A stretch of DNA of 64,000 nucleotides, from NCBI GenBank assembly GCA_904063045.1, contig CAJFCJ010000037.1, positions 62,001 to 126,000 on the forward strand. Direction: 5' to 3'. Below the pieces are notes generated by a model. That model saw only the letters and a program-made list of their open reading frames with translations, had not been told where the DNA came from and made no database searches. This stretch comes from Dimorphilus gyrociliatus (Eukaryota; Animalia; Annelida). Below, piece by piece: positions 60,964-64,000 of the stretch (its first letter is position 1; every line of letters begins with the position of its first letter). The position numbers were made by a program, and so were the translations under genes.

Positions 60964-62359
60964 ATTTAAATATTCAAAGGCACAAAGTAATTTTTCCAAA
61001 AAATTTCAAATTGTGTTGATACATTCCATTTGATATTTTTGTAACATTTTTTATCAAAATTTTCTAAATTTTGCAATCACCCTGCAAGTGAAAGACTTTA
61101 AAACCATCTCATTTAATGAAATTCTTTTGGGATGTTTTTACAAATTGAAAACTGGTATAAAAATCCATCAGGAAATTATTTCTTTTGCCATTTGTATTAT
61201 GATTTTATAAACTTTATTTTCTAGGGGAAAATTCAAGACAACAAAGAATAGCATGAACTGTTAACTATCTGCAATCTTAAAAATTAGTATATTCAAGATA
61301 TGTTAAGCTTTTCAAAGAGCTATGAATCCATTCTAATGCCCCTGATTAGCAGTTTTTGTGATACATTTTCAATGATTTTAAAATTCTTTATCTATCTTTA
61401 TATATTTTTTTCAATGTAAAAGAGTTTGTTTAATAAATTAAAAATCCCTTAATGCTATTCCTAATATTGTTTTATTATAACTTTAAGAATTTATAGCTAG
61501 TAGATAGATTTTCAAGCATACAGTTCACAATGCAAAGCAATATATATTGAATAACAACCTCTAATTTGGGTTATAAATATTTTCATATTTTGCAGTGATC
61601 AAAATCTAAAGCCTTATATTGTATAAATACTTTAATGTATAATTGTTATAGTGGCGACCTCTATGCAAGACATTTATTTTTAGTCTAAAACCAGAAGTTC
61701 AAGATTGATTTGTTCTTACATTAATTATGTATCATTTTTCCCTATGAAAATACAGGACAATTGTCTCTTAATTGACATTAATTGTATTTAAAAGAATGGA
61801 ACTCATTTACTGTAGTATGGACAGCAGTTATTAACATCATACCCTGTTTATAATATATTATTAATACTTTTAAAGTGGGCTTATTGTCTCTAGTCCAATA
61901 GAGCTTGGTTGTATTTCAAAGTAAATATCTTCTTTTTTCATGAGCTAAGAAAAGATGATTCATACACTCTTTGTAGAGTTAATTACAATGCCTATTTAAC
62001 AGGACAAATAAAATTATTTTATTCATCAATTATATGAAGCACAATTGCAATCTTATATACATTTTGTATATTTAGTTGTAATAGTTAACTAATTTTAATA
62101 ATCTTTTTTTAATATTATAGCCCATATGTGTGTTTATAGATCAAAGAAGTACTCTTTGATTTTAAACCAAAGATCCATCACCAATAGTGATTTTTTCCAA
62201 GAAATCTTCTTTTTCTAACAATGGCTCACCCTCACCTCCTCATTAATACTTGACAAAACTGAATGAAAGTTTACAGAAAAAGTAAGATATTTGAAATAGT
62301 ATTATCAATATTTACAGCAAACTGTAGGTGATATCCTAATCGTCCTCTAATATCAGTCA

Positions 62360-62769
62360 TATCCCTATCAACCAGCGAGAATGTTTTAAGGAACCACAAC
62401 TTGAGAGGCTATGTTGCTGCAAAGAAACCCATATTAAAAAAAAGATATTTAGCAAATAGGAGAAAGTTTTGCAAAAGACTCCTCTGTCTCTTGGAGAACA
62501 GATGAAATCAAGTCAAATGTGTTTTCGGATGAGACAAGGATAGATCTATATCCAAAACACAGGACCATGTATTCATGCAGGATGGTGCTCCCTGCCATAG
62601 ATCTGGTAGTACCTTAAGGTACCTAAAAGAAAAGAACATAAGGTACTTGGAACAGTGGCCAGCCAAGAGTCCTGACCTTGGGTTGGTAAACATATCTGCA
62701 CAAATGTAGAGGTTTAGATAGAGGCTACAGTTGTGTCTTTTCAATAAGGGTGGTCATACTAAGTATTAA
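62360..62769 (+). mobile_element. Internally deleted Tc1 (DD34E-type) transposase remnant
   Basis: GYVAAKKPIL, VFSDETRI, FMQDGAPCH, WPAKSPDL and the C-terminal GGHTKY* are present. Confidence 0.88.
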
Positions 62770-63619
62770 AAAGGTTTAAAAGTATTATTCACTGGATATA
62801 TGTGCTATTGATAAGACTTTTGGCAATGCCTTTTAAAATGAATTTCAAAGTTATTTTTAACAAGTCCTGATAATATACATTTCAAAAAATTCCTTCAATT
62901 ACAATTTCAGCCTTTGTTGTGATAACAAAACATTAATCAAGCTTAATCAATATCCAATCAAGAAAAAGTCATGATAACCTCATAATAGTTGTCTAACTCT
63001 AGATATGGATTATTCACAACAAACAGGATAAAGAGTTATCATATTACATTATCATGTAAATGACAACAACTTTGAGTAGGTTACCCCTCAAGGGTCAATT
63101 CTTACATCATATTTATGTAAATAAACACTTGTTGTTGTCAACATGTTTAGTTATGTAATATCTTATCCCTTGCTTGTAAAAAGGGTTGATTCTGGTATGT
63201 TTTGCAGAAATATATCTGTTGTTGAGCATTCTTACAAAAACATTTGACCTTTGCTGTCTTTAGAATTGAGTTTATCAAATTCAGCCTATATGGAATGAAA
63301 AATTATTAAACATCTCTTGCTTCTTTGACAATGCAGGCAAATAAAATAATTACTCAGATTTTTATAATTGAAAAAGTTTTTTAGATGTGAAAATAAAATC
63401 TGCCTATCAATATTGAATAGTATTGTTGTAGATTTAATGCTACTCTACGCAACAAGCAACTCTCCAACTTTTACTTTCGTTTTTGTGAATATTGGAATTA
63501 AAAAAATTTTAAAAATTTTAAAAATTTAAAAATTTAAAAATAAACTAATTATCATTTATTTTAGCCTATAGTGTTTTATAAGAGTCATTCTATCTTATAT
63601 TATTCATTTGCCATCCAAC

Positions 63620-64000
63620 ATGCAAAATTACGACAATTTAAAAAGAGATATTGAAGAAAGTTTATTCTGTATTGAAATTAGAGTTTATCGAAAGACTAAT
63701 GGTGTCAGACATGTTGGATTTGCTATTTTTATTGATAATAAATGGAAGTATACCCTGGATTATGAGCCAGTTCATTATGTATTGGGACTGTTTGGGTCAA
63801 GAGCACATTTTGTAATAAATGTGGTTTCTGATGAACCTAGAAAAATGAAAACTGATGGAGTACAACATAAATATACTAGAAATGAATATAAATGGAGAGA
63901 AAAAGCCTTATCTAAAATTGATGAGCTTTTAAAACCAATAAATAAGACTTACAGACTTCTTAGTACTAATTGCTCAAATGAAATTAAACAAAAGTTAAAT
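63620..64000 (+). CDS. Permuted papain-like (PPPDE/DeSI or LRAT-like NlpC/P60) domain protein, open at the window edge
   Basis: 127 codons with no stop (absent from the ORF track): IEIRVYRKTNGVRHVGFAIF...YRLLSTNCSN, i.e. HxG upstream and Y.LLxxNC downstream. Confidence 0.6.
   Translation, partial: MQNYDNLKRDIEESLFCIEIRVYRKTNGVRHVGFAIFIDNKWKYTLDYEPVHYVLGLFGSRAHFVINVVSDEPRKMKTDGVQHKYTRNEYKWREKALSKIDELLKPINKTYRLLSTNCSNEIKQKLN

Overview
AT-rich (roughly 25-30% GC by eye) animal genomic DNA with very short GT-AG introns (typically 57-83 nt) and scattered TTAGGG/CCCTAA tracts. This fits a compact-genome invertebrate; a miniaturised lophotrochozoan such as the annelid Dimorphilus is my inference, not something the sequence proves. 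No rRNA, tRNA gene or CRISPR array was seen. The window is a repeat-rich, birth-and-death region of mostly extracellular or recognition genes. Apparently intact genes: a 5-exon retinol-dehydrogenase-like SDR (17665-18899), an intronless class A GPCR (19945-20853), a 3xMAM + 2x catalytically dead trypsin-domain gene (25656-30442), a ribonuclease-inhibitor-type LRR ORF (22839-24218, probably 5'-damaged) and an ORF running off the right edge with PPPDE/LRAT-like His/Cys motifs (63620-). Disrupted genes: two GPCR copies, LRR copies (one with a mitochondrial-presequence-like N-terminus), a giant beta-helix/EGF/PSI/VWD/cadherin membrane protein, PAN, discoidin-like, LamG-like, fucolectin-like and CBM14-TSP1 genes, and an unrecognised ~780-aa secreted helical-repeat protein. 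Mobile DNA includes a Ty3/gypsy remnant with a tRNA-Ser-type PBS and an env-like ORF, two solo LTRs with exact 4-bp TSDs (one in a gene, one nested in an older LTR), intron-containing PHD-FLYWCH Mutator (Phantom-like) elements, Tc1 and mariner remnants, and MITEs carrying telomere-like repeats. Exon structures and coordinates were worked out by hand, and domain names rest on motif recognition rather than database searches.
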